Of a stretch of 64,000 nt of DNA, positions 1 to 13,570 are shown one piece after another. Source of the DNA: Tricharina praecox (lineage: Eukaryota); the NCBI RefSeq assembly GCF_024521635.1, contig NW_026250428.1:372001-436000 (forward strand), read 5' to 3'. A program made the translations under genes and the position numbers. Positions within the stretch are counted from its first letter, which is position 1; the number at the start of each line of letters is the position of its first letter. The notes under the pieces are model-generated. The model saw nothing but the letters and a program-made list of their open reading frames with translations. It had not been told where the DNA came from and made no database searches.

Positions 1-114
1 TGGCACATCCTTCTCCGTGTTGCTTTTTCTGTTTTCTGTTTTCTGCGTTGTTTAGCTTGTTCTGCCAAATACATTCCATTCGAACTGAGGCTCATGAAAA
101 CTCGTGTCCCGTAG

Positions 115-2544
115 AGGCGGCCAGGACCTACAAAAGGTGGAGAAGATCATCAAATCCCTGAACCTCCGGGTGCTTCCCCGTGAGATGCGGACCAAGGACG
201 AGCGGCAACTGCTGCAGACGGTCATGATGCAGTGGCTGCCACTATCCACCGCGCTGCTGGTGTCCGTGGTCGAGCAGATTCCGGCGCCCCCACAAGCCCA
301 GAAGGAGAGGATGCCGCACGTCCTTGCGTCCGCGCCCGGAAGCGAGGCCGTGTCCGAGGAGGTCAAGAACGCAATCTTCAACTTCGATGTGAGTCCGGAC
401 GCTCCGGTCGTTGCCTATGTCAGCAAAATGGTGTCGGTTCCTGCGAACGAACTGAAGAAGATCCGGCGCGTGACGCTCTCGGCGGCGGAGATGAGGGAAC
501 TCGGTCGTAGGAAAACTATTGAGCTGGCGAGGCAACTTGCTGCCCAGGGGAGGGCTAGTGATGCTGCTGCTGCTGCGGCTGCGGCTGCTGATGCAGTGCG
601 GGAAGAGTATGGGAGCGACGTTGTGGACGTTGTTGAGGACGTTGTTGAGGATGATGGAGGACCGGCAGAAAAGGAGAAGCCGCAAGAGGAGGAAGACGAG
701 CGGGAGCAGCTGATCGGATTCGCCCGTGTCTACTCCGGAACCGTCAAGATCGGACAGGAACTCTATGTCCTCGGACCGAAGTACAATCCCATGTTCCCCA
801 ACCAGCACATTCAGAAGGTCAAGGTTGCGGATTTGTACTACATGATGGGCAAGGATTTGGAAGCCCTCGACGAAGTGCCCGCCGGAAACGTGTTTGGTAT
901 CGCGGGACTGGAGGGCAAGATCCTCAAGAGTGGAACTCTGATCAGCGTTGAGAACGGCGGTCTCAATCTTGCGGGTGTCAACCTCGGTGCTGCACCCATC
1001 GTCAGAGTTGCTCTTGAGCCCAGGAATCCCAGTGAGATGGGCAAGTTGATTGAGGGCTTGAAGTTGCTGGAGCAGGCAGATCCTTGTGCCGAGTACATGG
1101 TGCAGGACAACGGAGAGCATGTCATCTTGACAGCCGGCGAGCTGCACCTGGAGGTACCGTATCCTACTACCCTCGCGAGTCATGTTGCATCATCATCACT
1201 GACGGCTCCTGTATCTAGCGATGCTTAAAAGATCTCAAGGAACGGTTCGCAAAGATCGATATCCAGTCCTCGTCTCCTATCGTACCTTTCCGTGAGACTA
1301 TCGTGGTCGCTTCCGAGATGGCTCCTCCGAAAGACCCGAACCTTCCCCGCGGCACCGTCAATGCCGTCACTCCATCAAAGCAGATCACGGTCCGCGTGCG
1401 GACGAGACCCCTACCCCCCGCCGTAACGAAGTTTCTGCTCGACAACAACGCATCCATCACACTGCTGTACGCGGTGAAACGGGGAAAGGAAGAGCGGGCG
1501 GGCGAAGAGGACGAGGCGGCTGCCGGGCAATCGAAGGAGGGTGAAAACAGCGCACAGGCGAAGCTGAAGCTGTTGGGCGTCGAGGAGATCAGACAGGGCT
1601 TGCAGAAGGCGTTTGATAGTGCGCCGTCGAAGGAGAGGGACACTTGGGCCGGCGTCTTGGATAGAATTATCGCGTTCGGGCCGCGGAGGATCGGTCCGAA
1701 TGTTCTGATCGATGCAACGCTGGAGCGTGGGTTCCGTAAACTGTGAGTTGGTTCCGTGCCGAGGATACGGACGTCATGTTAACGGGAGCTCAAAAGGCTG
1801 TCGGACAATCCGGTTGTGGATAACGAACGCTCGGAGGCGCTTTCCGCGCGGGATTTCGAAGACAAGATCTCGCATGCCTTCCAGCTCGCAACCTACCAGG
1901 GACCGCTCTGCAACGAGCAAGTCCAGGGTATCGCCGTCTTTGTCGAGGAAACCGTTATCGTTGCCTCGAAGGAGGAGGATCTGCAGGTTGCGAGAACCGA
2001 GAACTTCCAGGTCATCAGCGCCGTCCAGGCAGCCATCCGTCAGGGCTTCCTCGATTGGTCGCCCCGGTTGATGCTGGCTATGTACTCCTGCGATGTCCAA
2101 ACCTCCAGTAAGTGCCCCCTCCCCCCTACCGCGGTCACTCGTTCTGAATGTTAACCCCACACAGTGGAAGCACTAGGCCGAGTGCACGACACGATCGCGA
2201 TGCGCGGCGGACGCACGACGGCCGAAGACCAAGAAGAGGGCACGCCGTTCTGGACGATCCGGGCGTTGATCCCAGTCGCAGAGTCTTTCGGCTTCGCCAA
2301 CGAGATCCGCAAGAACACACATGGCGAAGCCTCGCCACAGCTGATCTTTAGCGGCTTCGAGATCCTCGATATGGACCCGTTCTGGACGCCGTTCACTGAA
2401 GAACAGCTTGAGGATCTGGGAGATGTCGCTGATAAGGAGAATGTCGCGAAGCGCTATATGGATACTATTAGGAAGCGCAAGGGCCTGTTTGTCCAGAAGC
2501 GCCTGGTTGTTGGCGCTAATAAGCAGAAGAATTTGAAGCGGTAG
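115..2544 (+). CDS. RIA1: Ribosome maturation GTPase EFL1/Ria1 (EF-2-like), 5' end outside the window; exons ~115-1153, 1219-1742, 1797-2107, 2165-2544
   Basis: EF2/EFL1 motifs: AYVSKM, FARVYSGT, VPAGNVFGIAGL, PIVRVALEP, GELHLE/RCLKDLKERFA, GPLCNEQVQG, PVAESFGF, DPFW..TEE.LEDLG..AD.EN.AKRYMD..RKRKGL. GT..AG introns at 1154-1218, 1743-1796 and 2108-2164 join the ORF pieces in frame. Confidence 0.95.
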
Positions 2545-3819
2545 ATGGTAGGAAGGAAGGTGGGTGATGTGGTAGCTGTGGAATTTAATACCTACCAGTC
2601 GGCCGAGTGTCTTGAGAATCTATGTGCCACAGTGTAAACGTGTCGAGCGATGTTCATAGGCCCTGCTCTGTATCTCGAACTACGCCCATCCCGTCTGTAG
2701 CATTATGTACTAAACGGTGGCTCGACACACATATCCATACCGATAGCTCCACGAGCTGGCTGATGGAAATATATCTTGCCATATTCAACGGTAGACTCGG
2801 TGGGCTCGGTTAAGTCGCCTCGTGTAGTTAGAACCGCAGATGAGTATCCGTGCGATGTCGCTCACTATCAATCACTCGTTTTGGAGAATCAAGCGCAGTT
2901 GTCCTATCAGTCGTATACGGATCGTAAAAGGGACTTGTCTCAAACCACTGGAGCCACCGGGGTCACCAGTTTCATACGCTGGACGTGTAGTATAAGTACT
3001 TGGAGGTACTTAGAGGTACATATGGTCGGCAACACTGGGGCCTTCGAGAAGACTTTGCTATCCGGGGGAGTAAATAAGAGCTGCCCTTCTACTTTACACA
3101 ATATATATCAGCGGATAGCCGGCGGTCGTGTTCTCCCTCCGAGGCTGACTGGATTGGGAGGCGATCCGACACCGGGGATCTATACATGAGGCACAATATA
3201 TCATTCGCCTTGCAATGGGCTTTTTTTCCGCATGGCACTCTGCTCGATATGTACAATTCCAGATGTGCGCTGGTCTATCGGTGAGAAAGCGAGCCGATTA
3301 CCATTGCTATTGCACTGCTATCCTGTCCGGTTGGAATACGGGAAGCACACCAACCATGACGACAGCCTAGTACCTATGCTCTATCTACAGCCACGGGACG
3401 CAAATCTCGCTGTTTCGGCAGAACCGGCGGTAGAAGATTTCTTAAATTCAATGTCAAAGCCCGAGGGGCTACTCCGGTAAAAATTAGTGGTATGCACTCG
3501 AGAGAAGGCGAGCTTTCCATGTTTGAACTTTCCATATTCAGATGTGCTCGGCTGGTGCCAAGACTGTTTTCCGTGGTGGATGCACTGCATCACTCGATCC
3601 TCCCAAGTGTAGAACTGCATCAAACCTGTGAAAATAACCTGTGGATCGGATCGTTTGATTGCCAAGACGGTGCTCGTAGTGGACGCGCGCCATCACTCGA
3701 CCTTCACTAAACGTTGAACTCCACCAAACCGGTGAAGCGGGTCGTTTGTTCGACCCCTCGTAGCCCCTTCTGCTCTCTCCCCGCCCACAAACAAACCACA
3801 AATCTTCCTACACTACCTC

Positions 3820-4152
3820 CCCACCTTCAAGTACCCCCCAACCTATAAAGCCAATCCTCTTCCCACTCCTCTTCCTCTCCTACCCACATCGAAACCACAG
3901 ATCGAACCCACATCGCTTCCTGACCTTCAAGTTCTCTCCACTCACAGAGCCACAGAGCTTTCCACACCAATTCCTCACCTTCAAGTTCTTCCGACATCCA
4001 AACCACACATCCTTCCACACCACTTCCTCGCCTTCGAGTTCTCTCCACCCACAGAACCACACATCTTTCCCCACCACTTCCTCACCCCCAAGCTTCCCTC
4101 ACCCCACATCCACACCCCACATTTTCCCACCCCGCTTCCCTACCTTCAAGCT
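3820..4152. repeat. Pyrimidine-rich imperfect tandem repeat (CCTTCAAGTTCTCTCCAC...CCACA units) upstream of the 4161 gene
   Basis: ccttcaagt/ccttcgagt recurs near 3824, 3924, 3978, 4032 and 4144, with ccacac spacers. Confidence 0.6.
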
Positions 4153-4160
4153 TCGCTATC

Positions 4161-7100
4161 ATGGCAGCCAACCGCCCCGTCCCCAGTTTCTACCAACCAT
4201 TCACGCTGCCACCTCGCAACATGGCTGCTAATTCCGCTGCTCACATTCCTGCCGCCATGAATGCTGGCCTCGCTGCTCCCGTTGGTCCGTCCTCGAGGCA
4301 GACTGGCGAAGGCGATAGACAGTCGAGCAAGAAGAGGAAAGCTGCAGAGGTCGGCTTGCAGCAGCGAGTTGAATACACGTCTACTGCTAAGGCAGGATCG
4401 ATGATCGCAGGCGATGGTCAGGAGAAGAATATCAAGAAGAGATCCGGCGATGATCGGGAGCAGACAGAGAAGACTGTTAACAAGACCGACGAAAAGTCGA
4501 AGACAAGGTCCCACCGTCATCGTGATGGCAGGTTGGAGTCCCACTTTGGTGCCAGAAGGAGAATCGACGAGAAAAAAGGAGAGGCGGACAACAATTTGAA
4601 GTCCAAACATTTAAGCCGTAGGGAGAGATACAAATTGGAAAGACAGGAACGGCGACAACGGCAAAAGAATAAAAAGCCGAAGGAGATGCGCACCCTACAG
4701 GAGAGTCAGAAGAAGCATCGTGAGTTTTCTTGTTCAATCTCGTGAGACTTACTATTTACTAACCATCGATGCCTACAGTTGAGCAGCAGGTTTCAGGAGA
4801 TGAGAAGATTTCGAAAGACGACGAGGCTTTGGGCAATGAGAAGGCTTCGGAAGAACAGATAGACATCAAGAGTTATCGTTACCGAAGTCGAGGCCATAAT
4901 CGTGATCGTCATGATGGACGTCGTTCCCGTGGGGACAAGGGTTAGTCATCCTCCACTTCTCACTCCTAGTTTAACACAGCTGATGGATGACGTAACCAGA
5001 TGGTGTGCGTGCTGATAACTCATCCCGTGCTGAAGGCTACGCCAGAGCCGAGAAAATGCCTGCACGTCACCATGCTGATGACCGCAGCCGCATTAGCGTC
5101 GACAAGGACTACCGCTACTCGGATCATCGTGACCTCAGTTCTCATCACCGCGCCGAGTTGACTAGCAAGTCTCACCACCACAAGAAATTCGATAACAGCC
5201 GCGATCGTCGCCGTGACTACGACCACTCCCACCGCCACCGTTCTCAATCCCCCGGTAGCGAGTCGCGCGGCACTCGCAATTACACGCGTAAGCGTCTTGA
5301 AGACGAACGGCGCCGCCTCAAAGAACCCTTAGCCAGTGTCGGACACTACACCGAGAAAGGCAGTAGAACCTTTCGCGAACCGAAACCCCGTCCCGAAAAG
5401 TATCAATTCCCAGGCGAGAAACACTACAGCCAGAACCACGACGACGAGATCAATCACACGCAGCATCAATTTCCCCAGCAGTACGAGCACAGCGGCGGTC
5501 ATCGCGACGAAGTCTCTCACGAGAGCAATCGATATTTCCAGAAGTCCGATCGCGGCAGATCCGACACAAATTCAACCCTCCGACAGGCAGAGGTTCCCAA
5601 CGCCCAAGACAAGCACGGATACTCCGAAGCGTTCGATCACAAGTTTGATCGTTCCGCAGAACTTGAAGAAGGACAAGCTCCCCAGCATTCTGGGATACCC
5701 GGAGAAGAGAGCAAGAGCGACGGGATGTCAGAATCCTACCGCCCATCCTACGGCCGTGCCAGATCCCGCGCCAGATCATCGTCTCCACCCCCACGCCGCA
5801 AGCGCTCGCCGAGCTCGTCTCGCAGTCGCAGCAGATCGAGACATGTCCGCTCTAAGCGTGACTATTCGAGATCTCGTTCTCGCCGAGGGGGCAGACGCAA
5901 TGCCCGAGACTGGGACCGCAGGGACCGCTCGAGGTCGAGGAGGAAAGACCGCTCCAGATCTGTGAGACGGGATAGAGACCGCTCGCGGTCTGTGAGACGG
6001 GAGAGGGAGCGCTCCAGGCCCGTACGGCGCGATCGCTCTCGTTCTGCTGGACGGAGGGATCGTGCGCGTGACTGCTCGAGGGACGGAAAGGGCCGGGGCA
6101 GTGGCGAGGCGGATGAAGCCACGAAAGAGGCGGTGAAAGAGCCTGCCACGAAAGAGATGGTGAAGGAGTCGTCGAACGATTCGTCGAAGGAGTCCAAGGA
6201 CCGGAAACCCGTGACGAAAGAGCACAGGGACCGCGACCGAGACCGTGATCGTGACCGAGACCGCTCGCGCGATAGGGGAGGAGTAGCCGGTTGGGATAGG
6301 TGGGATGCCCGGGATCGCTCGAGGTCGCGTTCGCGGAGGTCAAGGTCTCGGTCCCGTGGAGATCGTTTCGACTCCAGATCCCGGAGAGATCGCACTCGCG
6401 ATTACTCTCATCCCGTCAATAGGGACAGGGACAGGTACCGGGACCGAGATCGTGTCCGTGCCCGAGATCGCTCCCGCTCCCGCACTCGCTCGAGGGAACG
6501 CACCAAAGACAAGGAATGGGTCCGGAAGGAACCCGAAGCCAAGAAGTCGGAGAGCGCCAAGGAGAAGCCGGTGGAAGGCTCCAAGGAGAAGCCGGTGGAG
6601 AAGCACCGAAATCGGGTTGGCGGTCGGGCACCCGACGACAAAGAGAAGGGCAAGGAGCCTTCGGCCGATAAGCTCACGCCGGCCATGAAGTCTGTGCCCG
6701 AACAGATGGAGCCAACGGGCAAGGGAATGGGTTCCGGGCGTCCTGTCAGTCCTCCGGCGGAAATTCTCGCGGAGAAAGAGGAGAAGCCAGAGCTTACTCC
6801 CACCATCAAGCCCACCTCCGACATGACCGAGAGGATGGGCGATGGGCCCAGCGCGGAGGATCGTCAATCTCCAATGGAGAAAGACGACCTCCGGTCGGCT
6901 GTCGACAGACAGCGCGACGAAGCGGGTGAGCGGGAAAAGGAGCGCGAACGCCGGGAAGATGCCGAGCGCGAGCAGAAGCGGCAGCGTGGCGAGCGCCGTA
7001 GAGAGCGGGACCTCGAAGAGGCCCGTGAGAAGGAGGAGGAGGCGGCGATCGAGAAGGAGAACGCCGAGAAGCGGGAACAAGTCAAGCTGATTCAGCAAGA

Positions 7101-7539
7101 CTTCAAGAAACGAGGTTATTTTGACCTCGTTCGCGAAGCCATGCTGAAGAAGATTGACGAACTTCCCGAGGGGAAGGCGTTGCTCGAGAAGCTGCAGCAG
7201 ATCACCATCGCCGAGCTCGATCGTGATGGATCCCTGAGGGTTAGAGACCGATCCAGGGCCGCCGCGAAGATCGAGGAGAAGGCTGCTGCAGAGGGCGCCT
7301 ACGATGAGATCATGGTCAAGATCGATGAGTTGTTGGATGCCCACGGGGGCATCGACGATATCATCGCGGAAATCATGATTTCCAGGGGCATGACCATCGA
7401 AGGGCCCGAGAGCAACGCTGGGGGGGATGAGGACGAGGAGATGGTCGACGTCGACGGGGGCGCAGGAGAGGCGGAGCGCGAGAGGGAGAGGGAGACGGAG
7501 GAAGGCGAAGAGATGGCTCTTTCGGTCGAGACCGTGTAG
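4161..7539 (+). CDS. Large RS/RD-rich protein with C-terminal COMPASS Shg1/BOD1-like domain; exons 4161-4719, 4779-4940, 5000-7539
   Basis: Introns GTGAGT..CAG (4720-4778) and GTTAGT..CAG (4941-4999) give one continuous frame. The C-terminal LIQQDFKKRGYFDLVREAMLKKI...ELDRDGSLRVRDRSRAAAKIE segment resembles Shg1/BOD1. Long RSRS/RDRD tracts lie upstream. Confidence 0.75.
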
Positions 7540-8069
7540 GTTCTCTCACCGCATCACTCTTGCGTCCGTTCCTTTTTTTTCTTTTTTTTGTTGTGCTTTG
7601 GGGTCTGCGGTTTGCAGCCAGAATTACATCTTTACTTTTCTGCTCATTGTTTTCTACTTGCTGATCTGCTTCTGTGGATGATCTTGATGTTTGTGGGGGG
7701 GGCGTAAAAGATACATGCATATGCGTACGTAATGATGGGCGTTTTAACAGAATTATGTTGGCTTGGGGGTTTCTGATCAGGGCTTTGGTCTGGAGATATA
7801 CACTACGATGTAAGCATAGCCTAATTGGAATTGTATCTCGATTGCCGGGGCAAGAAACGTGGGCGGTATATAGCAGACACGAAGGTCGAACCGCTCATCC
7901 ACTAGCTATCCACGATATCATCCTGCTCTCCTTCCATCATTACCCAGCGCTATATATGTGTTTTGGCTGCTATTTAAGCTTCATTGCCGGCCGTCCAAGC
8001 TTCCACGGCTAGATACTGAGAATACAGACCAAGCAGATCCAGAGGCTGGCTGCCAATTCGCCAGGCCAA

Positions 8070-8704
8070 CTATAAATCATCTCCAAACGAGAGCTTAACC
8101 TTCCGCTTGGGCTTTCCTTTGGCTTTTGGTTTACTCTTTTCCACCGGTGTAGCATCCTCCTCCTCGTCGTCCGCGCCAACAACCTTGCCCACCTTCCGCC
8201 TCTTCTTGGCACCAGCCTCAGCGACCCGACTCGTCGCCGCAGCTGCAGCCGCAGGCGGCGCTGGTTCTGGCGCCGGCGCTGTATCGCTGTCGGTCTTATG
8301 GTCCTCGCCCACCACCGCCTCCTTCTCCCCTCCCTCCCCCGCCTCCTTCTCCCCTTCCCCATCCCCATCCTCCTCCTCCCCCTCCCCCTCTCCCCTACCA
8401 GCTAAACGCTCAAACTCCTCCCTCGAAAGCGCGCTGCCGTCCTCCATCACGTACGCGGGCGCATCGTCGTCGTCGCCCTCGACAGCAACGCGCTTCTTGT
8501 TCCGCGGCGCGATGTAGCGCTCCTGCTGGCCTGCGCCTGCTGCTGCACGTCGCATGCGCGAGATGAATGCTGGCTCGCGCATTTCTACGTGGGGGGGCGG
8601 TTAGTGGTGGGGAGTAGGGCCAGGACCGGGGACGGGGGTGGGGGGACGAGGGGGATGAGGGGTGGAAGGTAGGTACCGTAGGCGAGTTTTTTGGCGTTGG
8701 ACAT
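8070..8704 (-). CDS. Small conserved DUF4604-like protein; exons 8704-8677 and 8584-8070
   Basis: Spliced N-terminus MSNAKKLAY-EMREPAFISRMR (intron GTACCT..TAG, 8676-8585); DDAPAYV motif; C-terminal KVKLSFGDDL. Confidence 0.75.
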
Positions 8705-10819
8705 GGTGATTGATCGTGGAGAATTGGGGGAGGGGGGAGGTGCGAGGGTGCGGATGTTGATGTTGATGGGGGTGGACACGACGGCGTGCGTGAGGTGGGT
8801 GCACTGCGTGGAGGGTGAGTGGAGCTACCAGGTAGGTGCGTATTTACACGCGCAAAGTGCGATTTGCGCGTTGCAGTGGCTGCCGGAGTACATGTATAAA
8901 TTGCTCTACTCTATGTACCGATGAGCTTGTCTTCCTCGCAGCGCAGTGTATAGTAGTGTGCACAACCTACTGTTGCTCACTTTACTCTACGACGGCCTCT
9001 GTGTTCCCCGTTCGGCTCGGCTTTTAACATCCCGTGCCGTCGCCGAGCGAGCGAGATCAGCCGCGAAGACAGACGCGCGTCCTGGGGCCGGCGTCCGGAC
9101 CGTGATCCCCTCGTGATCCGGAACCTCGCGGCAGGTGGCCGCAGCGGTGACACTACTGTACCGCAAAAGCCGAGAATCCCCCAGAACCACCATGTGCTTG
9201 TTGAGCAGCTAGTGGCTACGATGGACGTCTGGCTCACTCGCACCTTACTCGTGGGGAAATGAATGGACGCTCAGAGCCAATTCTCGTTCGGCACGGACAA
9301 TTCTAATTCATGCTCACGAACCGACCAACAGTACCTAACGGGGCACACCCCACTCAATCGAGACTGGTGTTGAGATTCACGGGAGTCGGGACGAAGGATT
9401 CAATTCTTCTATTGCTATTCTACCAGTGAGAGCGTCGGCAATCTATATACTCTCCACCTCCATGAACGATCTACGTTCCAATAGTGCTGGTTTTAAGGGT
9501 GGGCTTCGTCACTCCTTTCAACAACTGGCTGAGTCCATTCACACCGGTGAATGTCGTTATCATCCAAGAGCATCCACAGCCAGTCTCGCTCAGCACCGGC
9601 GGAAGCGAGTGACAGTAGCAGAAGGAATGAACCCCAGAAGTACCCATTCAGCCAGCCCTGACTCCAGCCAGCACCTATTCCGCCTGCACATGGTGCCCAC
9701 TGCCCAGTGAGAGGCAAGCGATAATTGGAAGTCCCACCGATATCTATTCAATGGCATTGTTCAGCGTAGAAAGTATCCATCCAGCACACTGAATAGCAAT
9801 ATTCACCCACCATTGTAATTACGCGGAACTACAATACCAACCTTTACTTTCCTTCCAACGTAGCGGATGCAGTAGCGAACCAGCACTGCATATGAAAGTT
9901 TCCAAAATGAATGGGAGCTTCAAGCCCCGGTTCGAGCTCCGAGCCGGTTCATATATCAAAGGTATCCCACTCAACGATCGGGTCAAGGAAAGTAAAAGGT
10001 ATCTTTGTATTCGTAGTCGTCGTAAGTATACACCAAAAGAAAAGCCCACACACCCGTACAGGTTCCCACCCTATCCCCCCATCTACACAATCATACAAAA
10101 GAAAATGGCCCTCGAAACAAGATACACAACAAACCAGTAGAGAAGTTAGGGGGAATGTGATTCATCCGCCATCCACGGACCCTCCTGGCCCCTGGCCACG
10201 TACCTATCACATTGAAGGGGGAGAAAAAAAAAGCAATAAAAGAAATGAAGAGGATAAACAGTCATTAGAAGCAAAAAAAAGAAACAAGGAAACTCCTCCC
10301 GCTCATCCGGAAACCCAACCCAGTTCTCCTGATATCTTTGATTACCAGCTCCTGAGAACATGACGATGGAGAAAAAAAGTAACCGAGCAATCCCTCTTTC
10401 TCGTGGTCGCAAAGCATTAGATATCCCTTCCTCACTTCCTCTCAATTCCTATCGTTTGCCTCCGCCGATGTTGCTTTAGTTTCGTCAGATAGTCGGGGGT
10501 GTGCAAGGCCCTCTTTCTCTCCGAAATCGACAGCAGAACAACAACTTCAAGCCTTTCCTTCCTCGCCTGAAACCGTAAAGTGAACTTGGTGAAGGAGGGG
10601 CTCGACAAAAGAAAAAGGTATTGCAAAATCAAAGGGAGTGGTAGGGAACCATATGAAAAAACTCAAGGAAACCCAAAAGCAGAAGCCCATGGAATTAACG
10701 CCATGCAAGGAAAACAAACGGGGAGAAAAAAATTAAACCCCGGTAACGAATGAAAGTAGTACTGTAATTGTAAGTGGACCGCGTCAGTGCTTTTTTTTAG
10801 TGACCAGTCTCGGGCTCGT

Positions 10820-12856
10820 CTAAAAGTTGGCGCCTGGACCGTCGGGGCCAGCCATCCACTGCGAAACGAACAAGCTGGCGCGTTTGTAGCGGCGGTCAGA
10901 GTACTTCTTGTAGATGGAGGCGTGGTGGGTTTTCGGGTCCTCGCAGCATTCGAGCAAAGTGAAGATCAAAGGCTGCAACTGGTCACCAGTGTAACCGGAG
11001 TAGAAAGTATGGGCAGCAGTCTGGAGACGAACGTCAGCAATGATCTAATCCGGAAGCACGATTGAGGGACTTACCCATGCACCCTTCTTCAACATGCGTC
11101 TCGCCAAACAGTGGGCACCCGCAGCCAGGAAGCTGGGTGGAGTAGCGACAAAACGCTCGTCCATGACGGTGATCTCGAGGAAGTACTTTGCGAGCGTACG
11201 AGTTTCAAGATCGTAGTCGTCCGCCTTGCTAACCCTCCTGAGGAAGCTCATGGGTCCCGGCCATCCGAGCTCGAAGTTCAGCATCGAAAGCATGAACCTC
11301 TCGGCCTTCAAGATTTCCTCGGCTGTGTATCCCTTGTCGACCATGTACACAACCTCGTGAACCGATGGGCAGTTGATTTCTTCGTACTTGGCCGCAACGA
11401 ACAGCGCGGTAGCACCTACCAACTGGAGCTTTCCAAGCGAAACAACCTTGGCCGACAGGAAGCGGTCGACGTAGTTGGCGCAGAGGAACAGCGTCTCGGG
11501 AAGGAGGTTGAAACGGGAGTGGACCTGAACGAGCCAATCCATGAGGATGGCGCGCATCGACCACTGGATCTCGGACTGGAAGTCCATGTAGTTGGCATTG
11601 GGAGCCAATTTTTTCTACAGCAAGGATTAGCGGGCAGCCACAAGGAAGAAGAAGAAGGGCAGTTGTCACCTCCAGCTCACGCATGTATTCGAAAATCTCA
11701 TCACCGTATTCAGCGACCATCGAGATATCACCGAGTTCGTCTTCGTCAATCATTGTTCCAAACTCAGCATTGAGCTCGGCGATCTCCTTTCTCGCCTTCA
11801 TATTCCACTTCGGCATGATGATCTGGGCAGTCACTCCAGTCACGTCCTCGGTGGCACGAGTGAAGTCTTCGGCACCGCGGGAGTGCGAAACACTGTACTC
11901 CGCGGTGTTGTCCTCCTCATCGGCGCTTCCGTCATCCTCCGAAATAACCTCAACGTCGGCGTTGAAGCGAGCCTTGGTGTCGACAACCTGACCCTCGGCA
12001 TCAGAACCGTTTTCTTCATCTTCGGCGACGGTATCATCCTCGTAGTCACCGTCGAACTGATGAGGCTGCTCGTCCGAGTAGACTGGCTCATCCCTGATTT
12101 CCTGGTGCTTGACACGAGAAACAGGCCGGACGGGAACTTGATTGCGCATGTTGCTAGCACGAGGCGCCACCTGTGACTGGTCGTCCCTCTTAGTGACGGC
12201 GTCGCGGAACATCTTGGGGATGCGGTTGTTCTTCGGGCTCGGCTTCTTGTCCTCATACACCTGCGTCTTACGAGGGGCGACCCTCCGAGGTCCAGCCTGC
12301 TGAAGAGGGGCCGCCTGGTTGATCGAGACGTTGCGCTGAGCAGGCCTCGTAACGGCAGTGATTTTCTGGTACTCCTTCTCGCCGATAAAGATCTTGCCAT
12401 TCTCCTTGCCAGGGACGTTGTTGGCAGTCTTGTTGCGCGCATCAGTGAAGACCGAACGACGAGCGGCAGCCTTAAGACCGCCTTCGATAGCCTTGACATC
12501 GCCTTCGACAGCCTTTGGCCCAGTTCCGACAGCGGACTTTTTAGACTTGATCAAGTTCTGTTTCGCCGCCAGGATGGGGGCATTTTCGTCGGTGCGAGCA
12601 CGCGTGGCGCGAATAGGACGGACAGGCTGGCCACGGAACACATCAGTACTGAGATGCAACACGTATAACGGCATCGTTATGCATAACGTGATGTAGATAT
12701 CCAAAAGGACCAAACATGATTGGAAGAGTTCACAGAAGGGTTTTTGCACAACGGGTAACACGTGGGGATTGTAGCGACCAGGGGGATGGGAGAAGAGGAC
12801 AACAGCAGCAGAACATCAACAAGCACAGCACAACACAAACATACCTTGGCATCCAT
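10820..12856 (-). CDS. G2/M B-type cyclin (Clb3/Clb4-type); exons 12856-12845, 12626-11670, 11614-11075, 11020-10820
   Basis: Cyclin box EIQWSMRAILMDWLVQVH..F.LLPETLFL..NYVDRFLS...KLQLVGATALFVAAKYEEI, then WPGPMSFLRRVSKADDYD. Also MVAEYGDEIF and an N-terminal RSVFTDARN (destruction-box-like) plus KEN. Three canonical GT-AG introns restore the frame. Confidence 0.95.
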
Positions 12857-13439
12857 AGCGACGATCGGTGTGTATCTTTCTAGCGATACGGCTGGATCAA
12901 GCTGGGGGTGCTGAGGAATTGAGGTTACGATGAGGGGATATAAATCTGGGTTGGTGAACGGACGACAGTGCTGTGGGCGTGGGGGGAGGCTTTGTTGTGG
13001 TTGTTGAGGATGTTGTGGTTGTTGATGTACTGAGAAGCGAGGACAGCGAGTAGAAAGCAGGAACGGGGAGAGAAGCGAGGACGGAGTGGAGAGTAGGCGG
13101 ATGTGAGGGGGTTAGAGAGCGATAGAAAAGAGGAGCAACGGAGGGAGTGATTGCTTGAGTAGAACGCCGGGAGGAGAGTGGTGGTGTTTAGTGCACACCG
13201 TCCGGAGAGAGGAAGTGTTATTGTTGTACGGAGTGGGTTGGGGGAGGAAGAGAGGAGGGTTGGATGGGGAAGAGTCGTTTTTGTTTACTAGGGACCTCGG
13301 TGTTGGGGGTGGTTGCCTTGACAACAGGATTGAGTGACGGCAAAAGTCTGAGACGGTCGATCTCGGATCTTGCGTCACGTCTCCCACGACAAGCAGAAAC
13401 CGAGTGAGCGACCATTCCCAGCCACGCCCGAAAAACAGA

Positions 13440-13570
13440 AGTTTCATGACGCGCACGACCAAAATCGCCTCACTGATCGCCGCGTTTGTCGATGTCCTTT
13501 GGCGCTCTATCGACCGTGTGGCACTCGTGGCGCGTCACGTTGTGTTTGAGGCGCGTTTCGCGCGCTGTCA
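13440..13570. promoter_or_regulatory. Cluster of MCB/SCB-like (ACGCG / CGCGAAA) elements upstream of the cyclin
   Basis: ACGCG at ~13449; CGCGT at 13481, 13531 and 13552; TTTCGCG at ~13556. All lie ~600-700 bp upstream of the cyclin ATG. Confidence 0.45.

Noticed and set aside
2622..3801. Short ORFs between RIA1 and the RS-rich gene
   Set aside because: No recognisable motifs, splice structure or coding-like composition.
242..7344. Long antisense ORFs (e.g. 242-1183, 6340-7344) and similar ones opposite the cyclin and TF
   Set aside because: Shadow frames of GC-rich coding sequence with no independent motifs.
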